A stretch of DNA of 34,524 bases from Octopus bimaculoides (GCF_001194135.2 NC_068988.1:22337815-22372338); one strand, 5' to 3'; shown: positions 1 to 12,284, counted from the first letter of the stretch. The notes: generated by a model from the sequence alone, not told the origin. Translations and numbers: made by a program.

Positions 1-1061
1 TATATATATATATCCGAGAAACCGGCTTCATGCTGGGAAGGCCGTTTGATCCTTTTAAATGACAAACTGATATATATATAGTTAAGTAGAAAATGGACAG
101 TTACGGAACGAAATTTTAGAAACAGATCGATATGGTTGGTATGGAAATACTGAGAGCGACTATACAGATGGCCAAGGTCAGCAAAAGAATAGGAACTGAA
201 CCTATATAGATGTAGTAATAAATATATTGGTTGCTGGAGAGGGATAGCATTCTGTAGTGTGACACAACACAGAATGAACGAGAGCATGTACGTATATGTG
301 TGAGGAGGCGATGGATAAACGAAGAGATATAAAGAAACAAAGATAGATAGATAGAGAGAGACAGAGGGTGGGAGAGAGAGAGAGAGAGAGAAATAATGGC
401 AGACAAGATTAGAAATAATAAAAATTGATTTGATAATTTTCAAAATAATGAACAATGTTATGTGTCCCAAGAGTCGAATAGCTGTCTTTAAACACACCAC
501 CATGAATACGTCAGTTTCTATGACAAAAGTCACGTGATATCTTCTTACAAACAGTTGTAGTATATTTCTGTTTTGACTTCACCACAACGGCAGAATCTAA
601 ACAGTATGAAATTATATTTAGAGTCAAAGACCCCATTTCTTCGTATTTCTACTTTTTTTGTTTTCTTAGTTTATTTTCGGAATATTTCCTGATGTTCTCA
701 AATATAATTTCCTTTATGGAAATTTCCAAAAATGATTTGAAATTATATGCGCAGTTTATTTTATTATTTTTTAACATAATTTTGAAAATTTTAATTACTA
801 CTTCAATTGAGATTATATTTTAAATATTTCTTTTATAATTCTACTTCTTTCCATTAAAAATTCTTGACAATGGAGGTTTGAAAATAATTTCTATGGAGCT
901 GCGATCTTTTAAAATACATATTTTGATAAGGATTCTAACATTTCTAGGTAGAAATATTATGCAATTCCGAAAGCTTTACAACATATGCGCGCTTGTGTAT
1001 GAGCACGTGTATATGGATATGGATATGCGTACATCATTTGCGCGCGCGGGAATATAATATA

Positions 1062-1099
<38 letters not shown>

Positions 1100-1327
1100 G
1101 TATGTATGTACGTATGCATGTATGTATATATGTATGTGACTATGTGTGTGTGTGTGTGTGGGAGGGGTTATATATACCTATGCATGCTTGTTTGCGTGCG
1201 TATGTTTTGGCTTGATGTGTGTATTGTAAGAAAGCAGACATCCTTGTAACTATGTCAAGCCGTATATGTATATTCAACTCATTCCTATTGAAATCGAACC
1301 AGGCTTAATAATTTCAAATACTAATAC

Positions 1328-1555
1328 GGTGAGCTAGCAGAATCGTTAGCAGACCGGGCGAAATGCTTACCGGTATTTCGTCTGCCGTTACGTTCTGAGT
1401 TCAAATTCCGCCAAGGTCGACTTTGCCTTTCATCCTTTCGGGGTCGATAAATTAAGCACCAGTTACGCACTGGGGTCGATGTAATCGACTTAGTCCCTTT
1501 GTCTGTCCTTGTTTGTCCCCTCTCTGTGTAGCCCCTTGTGGGCAGTAAAGAAATA
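1328..1555 (+). mobile_element. SINE-A, near full length, type-2 tail
   Basis: tRNA-like head (GGTGAGCTAGCAGAATCGTTAGC, B-box-like GAGTTCAAATTCC), body GTCGACTTTGCCTTTCATCCTTTCGGGGTCGATAAATTAAG, tail GTCCCTTTGTCTGTCCTTG...GTGGGCAGTAAAGAAATA; homologous to many other copies in the window. Confidence 0.92.
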
Positions 1556-1672
1556 GGTATTTCGCCTGTCTTTATGTTCTGAGTTCAAATTCAGCCGAAG
1601 TTGACTTTGCCGCATACTGGGGTTGATCTAATCGACTGGTCGCCTGCCCCAAAATGATGGACCTTGTGCCTA
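1556..1672 (+). mobile_element. SINE-A, 5'-truncated and internally deleted, type-1 tail
   Basis: Starts mid-head (GGTATTTCGCCTGTCTTTATGTTCTGAGTTCAAATT), jumps from GACTTTGCC to GCATACTGGGGTTGATCTAATCGAC, ends CCAAAATGATGGACCTTGTGCC. Confidence 0.85.
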
Positions 1673-1679
1673 GGCTGAT

Positions 1680-1808
1680 ACTTATTTTATCGACCCCTAA
1701 AAGATGAAAAGTAAGGTCGACCTCGGCGGAATTTGAACTCAGACCGAAGCGACGGCCGAAATACCTTTAAGAATTTCGCCCGGCGCGCTAATGATTCTGC
1801 CAGCACGC
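1680..1808 (-). mobile_element. SINE-A 5' part (head and body)
   Basis: Reverse complement of the head/body at 1328-1460: ATCGACCCC...GTCGACCTCGGCGGAATTTGAACTCAG...GCTAATGATTCTGCCAGC. Confidence 0.9.
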
Positions 1809-1840
1809 AGTCATATTCATAAGAATAAGTATTAGTATTA

Positions 1841-1925
1841 TTTCGTCGGCTCCAAATGGATGAAAAGCAAACTCGACCCAACGGTATTTGAACTCCGTAC
1901 ATAACCATTCGGTAGAAATGCTGCA
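1841..1925 (-). mobile_element. Highly diverged SINE-A fragment
   Basis: GGATGAAAAGCAAACTCGACCCAACGGTATTTGAACTC aligns to GGATGAAAGGCAAAGTCGACCTCGGCGGAATTTGAACTC of better copies. Confidence 0.65.
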
Positions 1926-1940
1926 TCGACATCAGTAATC

Positions 1941-2082
1941 AACTGGTAGTTCATTTATCGACCCCCAAAAGGATGAAAGGCACAGTCGAACTCGGCAAAA
2001 TTTGAACTCTGAATGTGAAGACAGACGAAATGCCGCTAAGCATTTTATTCCGTACAATGACAATTCTACTTGCTCGCTGCCT
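1941..2082 (-). mobile_element. SINE-A 5' part
   Basis: AACTGGTAG...ATCGACCCCCAAAAGGATGAAAGGCACAGTCGAACTCGGCAAAATTTGAACTC...GCTCGCTGCC. Confidence 0.88.
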
Positions 2083-2084
2083 TC

Positions 2085-2128
<44 letters not shown>

Positions 2129-2159
2129 TATGGTAGTAGTAGTAGTAGTAGTAGTAGTA
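2085..2159. repeat. Compound microsatellite (AAT)n then (GTA)n
   Basis: Directly visible tandem trinucleotides. Confidence 0.97.
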
Positions 2160-2961
2160 TCAACTACCCAAATACCAAGAGAAACACGCATCCACAATAA
2201 TCAAATGAACTAAAAAGTGCTGCACAATTATAGCGGAAGGTAGTTTCAAATACAATAGACAAGCCTGAAAATTATTGCGTTTATTGCACGCAGTCTTTCA
2301 TATGTTATGAGAATCAATAAAAACAATATCAGACAACTGCAACGATAATAATAATAATAATGTGCATCAAGCATATGGCGAAATGAGATATGTTGAAAAT
2401 AAACATAATTATGTGTATGCACATTGCAAATTTATGCTGCACAGACTTTAATCTGTCATGAAGTCGTACAATATCTACTTACATTCCACTTAACCAACAG
2501 CCAAAACGTGCAGTTGTTAGCATTTAATAATCTGTTGACGCTATCACGCTGATATGGTGCCAAGAAAAAACAAAAACAAAAACAAAAAAAAACGGAAAAC
2601 AGGATTCAAACCGTGTTCTGTTACAGACGTAATACTTTATGCGATTTCCTTCGTAGTCAGCCCGGTCATATAATAGTTAACCTCACTCGATGATAAGAGA
2701 CAGAATATGAGATGTGGTTCTAAACTTGTTGCCAGCAATTTATTCTGTGCCCATGACCGAAACACTTTTCAACGTCTGATCTTCTATGATAACAGACGAA
2801 CAGATCTATCATTAATTTTAATGTACTTAAAATAGCGATTATTTCGTTATCTTGAAGTGACATGTTCATGGTTTTTGACATTCATTCAGCCAGTTCGTTC
2901 CGCCGCACATGCTTGCTCATTGTGTGGTAGGTCTCCTCCAGCGTTTTTGACCTCTAGCATA

Positions 2962-3175
2962 GTCTTTTCAATTCTAAGCACAAGGCCCGAAATTTTGGGT
3001 GAAGGGCCAGTCGATTAGATCGACCCCAGTACGCAACTGGTACTTAATTAATCGACCCCGAAAGGATGACAAGCAAAGTCGACCTCGGGAGAATCTGAAC
3101 TCAAAACGTAAAGGCAGACGAAATACCGCTAAGCATTTCGCCCGGCGTGCTAACGTTCTTGCCAGCTCTCCGCCT
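2962..3175 (-). mobile_element. SINE-A full length, type-1 tail, with degenerate 18-bp target-site duplication
   Basis: Complete head-to-tail match; flanked by TTTTTGACCTCTAGCATA (2944-2961) and TTTTTGACCCCTAACATA (3176-3193), 2 mismatches. Confidence 0.95.
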
Positions 3176-4014
3176 TTTTTGACCCCTAACATATTGTATG
3201 TTTCCCCATGTCTTCTGACAACCTTAGGAGTCGATCCGGTTGGCGCTCATTTAAATACTGTTCTCGAATATCGACAATCTGGCTCCTTCTTTTCGTTATC
3301 ATGTGTGGGAGTTATGAAATTTTAGTTACGATGCTTTTCTGAAGACTTAATTTCAGATTCGGAATTTTATGATATATTAAATTTACAGGCTTTTCCTTCA
3401 GCTTAGCTGAAAAGCTGGTGATTTTCGAAAGGCATGCTATTTTCGAAGTTTTATTTACTGTTTCGTTTGCATATTATCGCCGAAGACACCCTTAAATCAG
3501 AATCCAGCATTACTCAATTTTCACACATTTACAACAGATGTGTTTAAAATATGAATCAATGTGTTTATTGATTGCTAGAATTTATTTGAAACCACAAATC
3601 TCTCTTATTCCATCTGGGCTACTTGGAGATTATATGAAAATCATTAAAAAAATGTTTATTCAACGGAAGAAAATATATTAAATATTCTTCATAAAAGAAT
3701 AACTAATTTTTATTAATTTGTCGTAAGAATTTTCTAATTACAGTCTCATATGAAAATTGATGCAGCATAAAAGAAGGAGAAAAAAAAAAGAGACACACTG
3801 TATATGGTAATGATGTGGTTATTAAATGTTCTATTATCCTATATGCTTGGTTAGTTTTCGTAATATTAAGCTATGTAATTATCAATTCGTTCATTGTGTT
3901 AAGTGAATGGATATAAAAATTGTAAAACATATTTTAAGATATGCATTTTACAAGGAAAAGAATTGGAAAATATCTAAAAAATGGTATATGCAAACATAGC
4001 TATATGCATACTTA

Positions 4015-4340
4015 CGTGTAAGCATGTATATATATATACATATATATATCTGTGTGTGAGTGTGAGTGTGTATGTGACAGAGGGGGAGAGAGTGAGAGAG
4101 GAGGAAGTGTGTGTGTGTGCGCGTGTAATACAGAAGCAATTATGACGAAGAAAGTACGATGAGCCAGAGAATTGGGGAAAAAAGAGAGAAAAGAGGAAGA
4201 AGGAAATAAGGGTATTTAGAGGAGAAATAAGTGGAAGGAAACGAAAGGATATAAAGTGGAGAGATGCATAGACAAGGAAGAAGACACAAAAGGTGATGAT
4301 GATGATGGAAGAAGGAGTAGGAAGAGGGGCAGAGGAGGAA
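4015..4340. repeat. Mixed (TA)/(TG)/(GA) microsatellites and purine-rich low-complexity tract
   Basis: Direct inspection. Confidence 0.8.
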
Positions 4341-5603
4341 AATAATAAAAAACTTAAGGATACATTTCTATTTAGGTTATTGTTAGCTGTTTGACTATAA
4401 CCAGCTCTTACCTCAACTACTTATGGTCTTTCCATTCAGTCGTTTATTATATTGCACTGAATCTTCTACTGCCTTAGTTTGAAGTAAAGTTGTAGTTATT
4501 ATTTACCGAAGTTAAGGAATAACGATGGCTGGGTAGCTAAACTGGCAAAAAAAAAAAAAAGTAAATTAAAGAATAAACCCTTTCAGACAATGCCCCAACA
4601 TGGACGCAGTCCAGCAGCTGATGCAAGTATTAAAAAAATCGAGTTGATAGTAGCGAACGCCTACGACTGTGTACTTATCTCCATGTCATCTTCTTTGTAC
4701 TTATCTCCGTGCCACAAAAATCTCAATGTTGGTGTGTGTACTTGTAAGCAGCTGATATGGCAGACGATAAATTTCATAGATGTAAGAAGTGGCAAGCACT
4801 GTGAAACTGACGGATGATATCTTAGCATGCAGTTCCGAATCTAATATATTTTCTGTGAAAACGTATCTATAATATCCCAGCAATCTAACATGGGAATATT
4901 TTAAATCTCTTAACGGCTCATTATCACGGAGACGTTAAATAAATATCAGATATCTGGTTCATTGTGATACATAAAATGCTCCGTTGGTCAGATATAGTTC
5001 TATGTTTACTGCACGAGTACGTATAGCTCCAGCTGTAGAATACCTTCCAATTTGCGAAATGCAAACACGTATTTTGCTGAGCCGTTCATTTACAATTAAT
5101 TTCACAATTGCCAGAAACATGTCAGAGCATGCATCATGCATCTATATCAAAACACTAAAAGTATAGGTATATGTTAGGTGTGTCCTGGAAAAGAGCGGGG
5201 GTGAAAGTGTGGATTTCTTATTCTTTCTACCCACAAAACATAAACAGAAATTCGAAGCACTTTGAAATCGATGCCCTACATTCATCTCTACATTTGATTA
5301 TGCGAGTGTAGAAACGTACGGTTTGATGTAGAAACAAACACGCTTTTTATATATTCACACATTGTTATATATAGATACACAAATATTCAAACACATAAGC
5401 GTGTATATATGTACTGAAAGGACTTATGTTTATAAACATACTCCAGAGTTATGATTTGTGCCATGTAGTGGTTCCCCTGATAGTTACGTTATGCACCAGT
5501 TTCGTATAGTTGTCTTGAATGGAGAGAAAATATATTTACAGATGTGGCTCACTTATTTCGCAAACTGCAATATATGAGGAAGTTAATTCATTAATATTAC
5601 TGG

Positions 5604-5813
5604 TTTCATATTTTGGCACAGGGCCAGCAATTTCGTGGGAATGGGGTAAGTCGATTACATTGACCCCAGTACTCAACTGGTACTTATTTCAACGACCTCG
5701 AAAGACAAAAGTAAAGTCGACCTCGGCTGAATTTGAACATAGAACATAAAAACGGATGAAACGCCGCAAAGCAATTTGTTCGGCGCAGTAACGATTCCGC
5801 AAAGCTAGCAACC
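5604..5813 (-). mobile_element. SINE-A, diverged, type-3 tail
   Basis: TTTCATATTTTGGCACAGGGCCAGC tail, GTCGATTACATTGACCCCAGTACTCAACTGGTAC, GTCGACCTCGGCTGAATTTGAAC, head remnant. Confidence 0.88.
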
Positions 5814-6228
5814 TCGAATGGTTTAAAAAGGAAAAAAGATGTATGCATTAAAAGATAAAACGAATCCTAAATGTTACTTAGGAAAGGCAAATCCATAACT
5901 GTGCTGCTCATGATAAGAATTTCACTGTCCCATAACATGATTTCATTTAGCACGTGTTAAATGAATACCTCCACCGGAAAAAAAAACGACAACTCCTTTC
6001 CCTGCGTCGGAGTCATGGGGCTTAAATCACTAAAATGAGACGACTAAAAGCGACTTGATGATGCTTTAACAATTCAAATTTCTCAATGTGTTTCTCTGCA
6101 TCTTCAGGTTGTTTACGGTATGCTAGAGTATAGGTCAGTCATTTGATTATCGAATATGGTCGCCTGACACTTTAAGACTATAAAGAAATATACTGGTGAT
6201 AATATCTTTTTTTTTTTAATTTGTGAAG

Positions 6229-6411
6229 TTTTGGTGGATGGAGCCAGTCGATTTCATCGAGCCCAGTGCTTTACTGGTACTTATTCTATCGACTCCGAGA
6301 GAATAAAAATGCAAAGTCAAACCTCGGTGATATTTCAAATCAGAACGTAAAGACGGACGAAATTCCGCTAAGCATTTTGCCTAGCCCACAAACGTCCTTG
6401 CTAGCTCGCCT
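6229..6411 (-). mobile_element. SINE-A, diverged
   Basis: GCCAGTCGATTTCATCGAGCCCAGTGCTTTACTGGTAC...CAGAACGTAAAGACGGACGAAATTCCGCTAAGCATTT...GCTAGCTCGCC. Confidence 0.88.
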
Positions 6412-7006
6412 GTGTTTATGCTTGTAGTAGTAATAATACTTGAATTAGTCGGAGCTTGATTCATATTGTTATCCCAATGAGATACTTCTCATGAGTATGT
6501 ATCAAAAGAAAGCAACATCAGTGAACTTGGAAGATGTAAATGAAAACAATTACAGTTTGCAGATAACGTACCAAACGTTGTGAGTCAAGTCCGAAACATT
6601 TCCCATGGTGTCGCCATATTGGAAAAATCAGAGTTATTCTCCAAACTAGTTTATTTTTCAATTTCAATGAAATTAATTAATTTTAATTCTAACGTCGTCT
6701 TCCCTTATCTCAACAGAAAGAGTAATTTAGATAATGAACTTTTTCCATTAATAGGGGCATAATCTTGATTCATTAAAATTCTTAGCTCTCACAATAACTT
6801 TTAATTGTTATACAGCATGATCCCTGGGCATTCCTTACTCGCAATACGCATCCGGTTAAATATTGAAGAATTCAACCGTCTTCACATAGAACGCTGCAAT
6901 GCGTATCCACTAATAATGCCCAGAAGAAGCGTATCAAACATTGTGTGTATACATATATGAATACATATATGTATGTATAAATACATGTATGTACATAATA
7001 TATATA

Positions 7007-7393
7007 GTGGAGGCACAATAGCCCAGTGGTTAGTGCAGCGGATTCGCGGTCATAGGATTGCGGTTTCGATTCTCAGACCAGGCGTTGTGTGTGTTTATTG
7101 AGCAAAAACACCTAAAGCTCCACGAGGCTCCGGCACGGGATGGTGGGGAACCCTGATGTACTCTTCCACCACAACATTCTCTCACTCTTACTTCCTGTTT
7201 CTGTTGTGCCTGTAATTGAAAGGGTCAGCCTTGTCACACTCTGCGTCACGCTGAATATCCCCGAGAACTACGTTAAGGGTACACGTGTCTGTGGAGTACT
7301 CAGCCACTTGCACGTTAATTTCACGAGTAGGCTGTTCCGTTGATCGGATCAACTGGAATCCTCGACGTAAGCGACGGAGTGCCAACAACAACA
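7007..7393 (+). mobile_element. SINE-B, full-length tRNA-derived SINE with (AAC)n tail
   Basis: A-box TAGCCCAGTGG, B-box GGTTTCGATTC, TCG triplet at the anticodon position (Arg-like, inference), ~300-bp unique body, CCAACAACAACA end. Recalled as an abundant Octopus SINE (not database-checked). Confidence 0.85.
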
Positions 7394-7458
7394 CATATTA
7401 TAGTATATAATATATATGTTATACTCTTTTATACTCATATATACATATACTCTTTTAC

Positions 7459-7926
7459 NNNNNNNNNNNNNNNNNNNNNNNNNNNNNNNNNNNNNNNNNN
7501 NNNNNNNNNNNNNNNNNNNNNNNNNNNNNNNNNNNNNNNNNNNNNNNNNNNNNNNNNNNNNNNNNNNNNNNNNNNNNNNNNNNNNNNNNNNNNNNNNNNN
7601 NNNNNNNNNNNNNNNNNNNNNNNNNNNNNNNNNNNNNNNNNNNNNNNNNNNNNNNNNNNNNNNNNNNNNNNNNNNNNNNNNNNNNNNNNNNNNNNNNNNN
7701 NNNNNNNNNNNNNNNNNNNNNNNNNNNNNNNNNNNNNNNNNNNNNNNNNNNNNNNNNNNNNNNNNNNNNNNNNNNNNNNNNNNNNNNNNNNNNNNNNNNN
7801 NNNNNNNNNNNNNNNNNNNNNNNNNNNNNNNNNNNNNNNNNNNNNNNNNNNNNNNNNNNNNNNNNNNNNNNNNNNNNNNNNNNNNNNNNNNNNNNNNNNN
7901 NNNNNNNNNNNNNNNNNNNNNNNNNN
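7459..7926. other. Assembly gap (468 N)
   Basis: N-run. Confidence 1.
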
Positions 7927-7934
7927 ATATATAT

Positions 7935-8155
7935 GAAGTGCATAACTAAGTGGTTAGGGTGTTACACTCACGATTGCGAGACCGTTATATTCGTGATGAA
8001 AGCACTTCATTTCACGTTGCTCTGCGATCCTTTGCCATCTGGCATATTACACACGGTGCTTTTGGTAGGTAATGTTGATTTGACGGAGAGTTAGGTTACC
8101 TTAACGCAAACATTAGATCACGATAAACAATTCGTCTGTGTGGTTGTTCGGCAAG
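7935..8155 (+). mobile_element. Decayed tRNA-headed SINE (different family)
   Basis: Degenerate A-box (CTAAGTGGTTAGGGTG), B-box region deleted; body motifs GAAAGCACTTCATTTCACGTTGCTC and GATCACGATAAAC...GGTTGTTCGGCAAG recalled from Octopus repeats; single copy here. Confidence 0.45.
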
Positions 8156-8489
8156 GGATATTTTATTCAAGATACACTGGTTTAATAAATTATATTTTGA
8201 AGAGATATTTTTTCAGTGAATATATTATGTAAAAGATCGTAGAAAGTCAAACATTATCGATTTAGAAAAACACACCACACATACTTACAGGGTCCGAGGT
8301 TATAGATCAGGGTCCGTTATCATAGTTAATCACTATTCTATATTGTAAGTCTGCAGTACTCCCTTTATACAAGACATGGTACAAATAATGATTAATACAC
8401 ATTTATCTTTACTGTAGTAAATTTTACTTACAGCTGTTTCCAGCTGTCATTATAGTTTCATTATTGACAGGTTTACTCAATCGGCCCAT

Positions 8490-8596
8490 ATATATGTGTA
8501 TGTATGTATATATATGTGTATGTATGTATATATANNNNNNNNNNNNNNNNNNNNNNNNNNNNNNNNNNNNNNNNNNNNNNNNNNNNNNNNNNNNNN

Positions 8597-8632
<36 letters not shown>

Positions 8633-8650
8633 TGTATGTGTATATGTACG
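8490..8650. repeat. (TA)n/(TATG)n microsatellite containing a 62-N gap (8535-8596)
   Basis: Direct inspection. Confidence 0.95.
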
Positions 8651-9099
8651 AAAGGTGTATGAAAAGTTTTGATCTTTCAAGGCCTTTGAGCCTTGAAGTC
8701 TTGTACCTTCATAAGAAATCTTGCATCATGTTTTGTCTTTCGAGGCTCAACACTTTTCATACACCTATACATATATGTGCGCGCTCGCGCTCTCTCTCTC
8801 GCGCGCGTGTGTATACTCACACACAAAGATATGTACATACTTCCGTATACACGTGTGGTATGTGAGTGAATATCAGAGATGTGCATGTGTGCATGTCCGC
8901 TTATATATTTGTGAAAATATATGAATTGACTGAAGACAATATGAGCTTATGCTTTGAGGGTAGGTGAAATGAAAGATACGGTGGATAGAAGGCTTAAAGG
9001 GAGAACAGGAAGTGCGTGTTGTGACAGAAAAGCAAAGGAGATAGAGACATAGAAAAACAAAGAGAACGCGGAAAAGAGAAAGCGAGAGAAGAACAGAAA

Positions 9100-9205
9100 C
9101 AGAGAGAGAGAGAGAGAGAGACAGAGAGAGAGAGTTAGATAGATAGATAGTTAGAGAGAGAGTGAGAGAGAGAGAGAGAGAGAGAGTGAGAAAGAGAGAG
9201 AGAGG
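9100..9205. repeat. (GA)n/(GATA)n compound microsatellite
   Basis: Direct inspection. Confidence 0.93.
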
Positions 9206-9329
9206 GTAATTTAGTTTTGGTACGTACGGGAATAAAGAGGAAATGACAGAAAATATAATACAATCGATAGCAATAGAAAATGATAAGCATAGAGTTACAT
9301 ACAGTTACAAACACATAAATACGCAAACA

Positions 9330-9430
9330 TATATACTACACATATACAAACACACATACACCATATATTTATACGTGTGTGTATGTGCGTGTGTGTATGT
9401 GCGTGTGTGTATGTGAGTGTGTTTGCACAC

Positions 9431-9485
<55 letters not shown>

Positions 9486-9620
9486 TATACAGATATTCCT
9501 AAACACAGACATAAATGTACATTATTCTACTTACGTTCGATTTATTGTGTATGTGTGTGTGTGTATGAATTTGTAAATGTGTCTATGAGGGAGATGTGTG
9601 TGTATGTGTTCGTGTGTGTC
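9330..9620. repeat. (CA)/(TG)/(TA) compound microsatellite block
   Basis: Direct inspection; long (TA)n at about 9434-9482. Confidence 0.9.
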
Positions 9621-10433
9621 AGTATGCATGAACGACAGTAATTTTTTTGTTTTTTTGTTTCCACAGAAATACTCATTAAATAGGGTTTGTTCGAAATATC
9701 TCAACATCACATCAGATTAAAACGCTAAAAAGGATCATAAATTTTCTGGTAAGCACTAAAACACACACACAGACATACACACGCACTTGCACACCCGCAC
9801 ACAAACACACACACACACACACACACACACAGATACATACACACTTACACACGTACATACACGGACGCACGCACACAATCAGAATCACAAACACAGATAC
9901 TCAAATATATGTAGGAAAAACAAAAAACGTGACCCTACCGGGAAGCTAATACATTAGATCTAAAAAATACGTTTTATTTGTGTTAGACGGAAAACAGGAT
10001 TATATTATTGATAACATAACATATAATAACATATGTTAATGTTTTATTTATTTACATATTTATTCATATATTTATTTATCTGTATTTTCCATTTTCTACT
10101 TTCCTCATATTTTTAATTCGACTTGTTGCTGGTATTTCTTGTTTCATTGTTTTGTATTTTGGGTGCGGTGTGGTGGGGCGGTATCCACAGTTTGTGGTCA
10201 AATATTTTATTACTCTCATAAGATTTGTCGGTGCTGTGATAATATGTCACCTTCATAATTAGAATTATGTCCTTGTAATGACGATAACGCCCTATTTATA
10301 TTAGAATTAGTTCTCGTTCTCGTACTTCATAACAAGGAAATATTCGCTATACTGAATCCCCTAAACAGCAAGCGACAATTAGCAGGTGTGGTAGGTCTTT
10401 AGTTTAGTTTCTTCCCTTTAGCTACAGAGGAAG

Positions 10434-10435
<2 letters not shown>

Positions 10436-10468
<33 letters not shown>

Positions 10469-10497
10469 NNNNNNNNNNCCTTTAGCTACAGAGGAAG

Positions 10498-10567
<70 letters not shown>

Positions 10568-10588
10568 CATCATCATCAGCATCATCAT
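10436..10588. repeat. (ATT)n grading into (ATC)n, interrupted by a 10-N gap
   Basis: Direct inspection; gap at 10469-10478. Confidence 0.95.
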
Positions 10589-10593
10589 AATTA

Positions 10594-10805
10594 AGGTGGC
10601 CTGCTGGTAGAATAGTTAGCACGCCAGGAAAAATGCTTCGCGGCATTTCGTCTGTCTACAAGCTCTGATTTCAAATGCCATCGGGTTTCGACTTCGCTCT
10701 TTAATCCTTTCGGGTGAATAAAATGAGTACCAGTTTAACACTGGTGTCGATGTGATCGACTCATCCCCACCCCCACCAAGCAGCCCTTGTGACAAAATTT
10801 TGAAA
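10594..10805 (+). mobile_element. SINE-A, diverged, type-3 tail
   Basis: GGTGGCCTGCTGGTAGAATAGTTAGCACGCC head, ATCCTTTCGGGTGAATAAAATGAGTACCAGT, GTCGATGTGATCGAC, CCCTTGTGACAAAATTTTGAAA. Confidence 0.85.
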
Positions 10806-10812
10806 TAATAAT

Positions 10813-11077
10813 ACTCTTTTATTCTTTTATTTGTTTTAGTCATTTGACTGCGGCCATGCTGGAGCACCACCATTAGTCGAGCAAATCGACACCAGGACTT
10901 ATTCTTTGTAAGCCTAGTACTTATTCTATCGGTCTCTTTTGCCGAACCGCTAAGGTACGGGGATTTAAACACACCAGCATCAGCTGTCAAGCGATGGTGG
11001 TGGGGGGCAATCACAGACACACAAACACACATATATATACGACGGGCTTCTTTCAGATTCCGTCTACAAAATCCACT
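10813..11077 (-). mobile_element. SINE-C, 5'-truncated
   Basis: Matches 27572-27875: CAGTCATTTGACTG-type tail, GTCGAGCAAATCGAC, GCCGAACCGCTAAG, internal (CA)/(TA), CGACGGGCTTCTTTCAG. Confidence 0.92.
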
Positions 11078-11313
11078 GTCTGCATGTTTGTCTTTCTGTC
11101 TCTGTCTGTCTGTCTGTCTCTGTCTGTCTGTCTCTCTCTCTCTCTCTCACACACAAACACATATACACGCATATATATATATAGGAAGTTGAGTCAAAAG
11201 TGTTTTTTTCGTTTTTCACAATGAAATTTAACTTCACAATTCATTCATCACAAAAAAATAAGTCAAATTTTGTCTGAATTTTCAAGTTGAGAAAATATCA
11301 ATATTAGAAGTTT

Positions 11314-11735
11314 ATGATGAAGATAATGACAACGACTACGACGACGGTGAGGCCGATGGTGATGATGATGACGATGACGATGGCGATGATGACGATGACG
11401 ATGATTATGGAGATGAGTAGGAGTAGGAGGAGGAGGATTATAATAATCACGATGATTTTGATTACGGGGAAAACTGAGAGTGTGGCAGACATAAGGGTGG
11501 TGGCGATAAAGACAAGGACGACTATAGTGACGGTCAAGGTCATGAGAATTTTCATAATGATGATGGCGAATACAACAACCAGGATGACGAAGAAGACGAT
11601 GAGAAGGAACAATTATGTTGATGAAGATGATGAAGATAATCTTGCTGCTGTTGCTGCTGTTGGTGATTGTGACGGGGGTAGTGATGATAGAAACAAAGAT
11701 GATGATGAATAACAGGAGGAGGAAGAGTATAAACT
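11314..11735. repeat. Degenerate trinucleotide low-complexity tract (ATG/ACG/GAT/AGG)
   Basis: Direct inspection; open in several frames as poly-M/T/D/I. Confidence 0.85.
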
Positions 11736-12214
11736 CCAGCTATTGATGAGTTATAATCTCATAGTATTCGTCAATGACAGGAATCAACGTTAGTAGCCAA
11801 GCGATCATTTTTGTAGACAGAAAGTAAATTGAATTTCAAATTTCAACTGACCATCAGTCCCTGAAATAAGCAACAAGTTCATCTTTTGTTCTATGAAAAT
11901 TATAATCGATTGTCTGTCGATTATCGATTTCCAAAAGTGTTAGATTTAGATTCTGATATATCGGAGAGCAGAATAGAGGAGTAGAGCGAGGAGAAGGACA
12001 GAGAGAGCGGGGGTTAGTGTTGAGGTTATTTGTATTTCCTCATACAGTGATTTAACCTAATGATTGATTGTAAGATCTTGGTGGAGCCGGTGATTTAAAT
12101 TGGCGTGCTATGTTTTATCCATAAACCAAGAATGGCGAATAAATTCTGCTTTTCAGAATTCCATTAATATTCAGAAACATAAGCACACTCACGCTTTCAT
12201 TTATTCACATGAAA

Positions 12215-12251
12215 ACACAATGCCTGCATATATGTATGAAAGAATGTATGC

Positions 12252-12284
<33 letters not shown>

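Noticed and set aside
2974-3325. Recurring ORF motifs (RRGRLCLSSFRGR; KDERQSRPRRNLNSER) at 1687, 2974, 2999, 15017, 21130 and 21222 that look like a small protein family
   Set aside because: They are translations of SINE-A; stops and frameshifts differ between copies.
4670-4708. 13-bp direct repeat TGTACTTATCTCC (period 26) near a CCCTTTCAG acceptor and a 75-aa ORF
   Set aside because: Small local duplication; no frame gives a recognisable protein and there is no matching donor.
7140-7394. Overlapping 67-68 aa ORFs on both strands
   Set aside because: Entirely inside SINE-B.
11304-11712. 102-132 aa ORFs on both strands
   Set aside because: Degenerate trinucleotide repeat giving poly-M/T/I/V; no domain.
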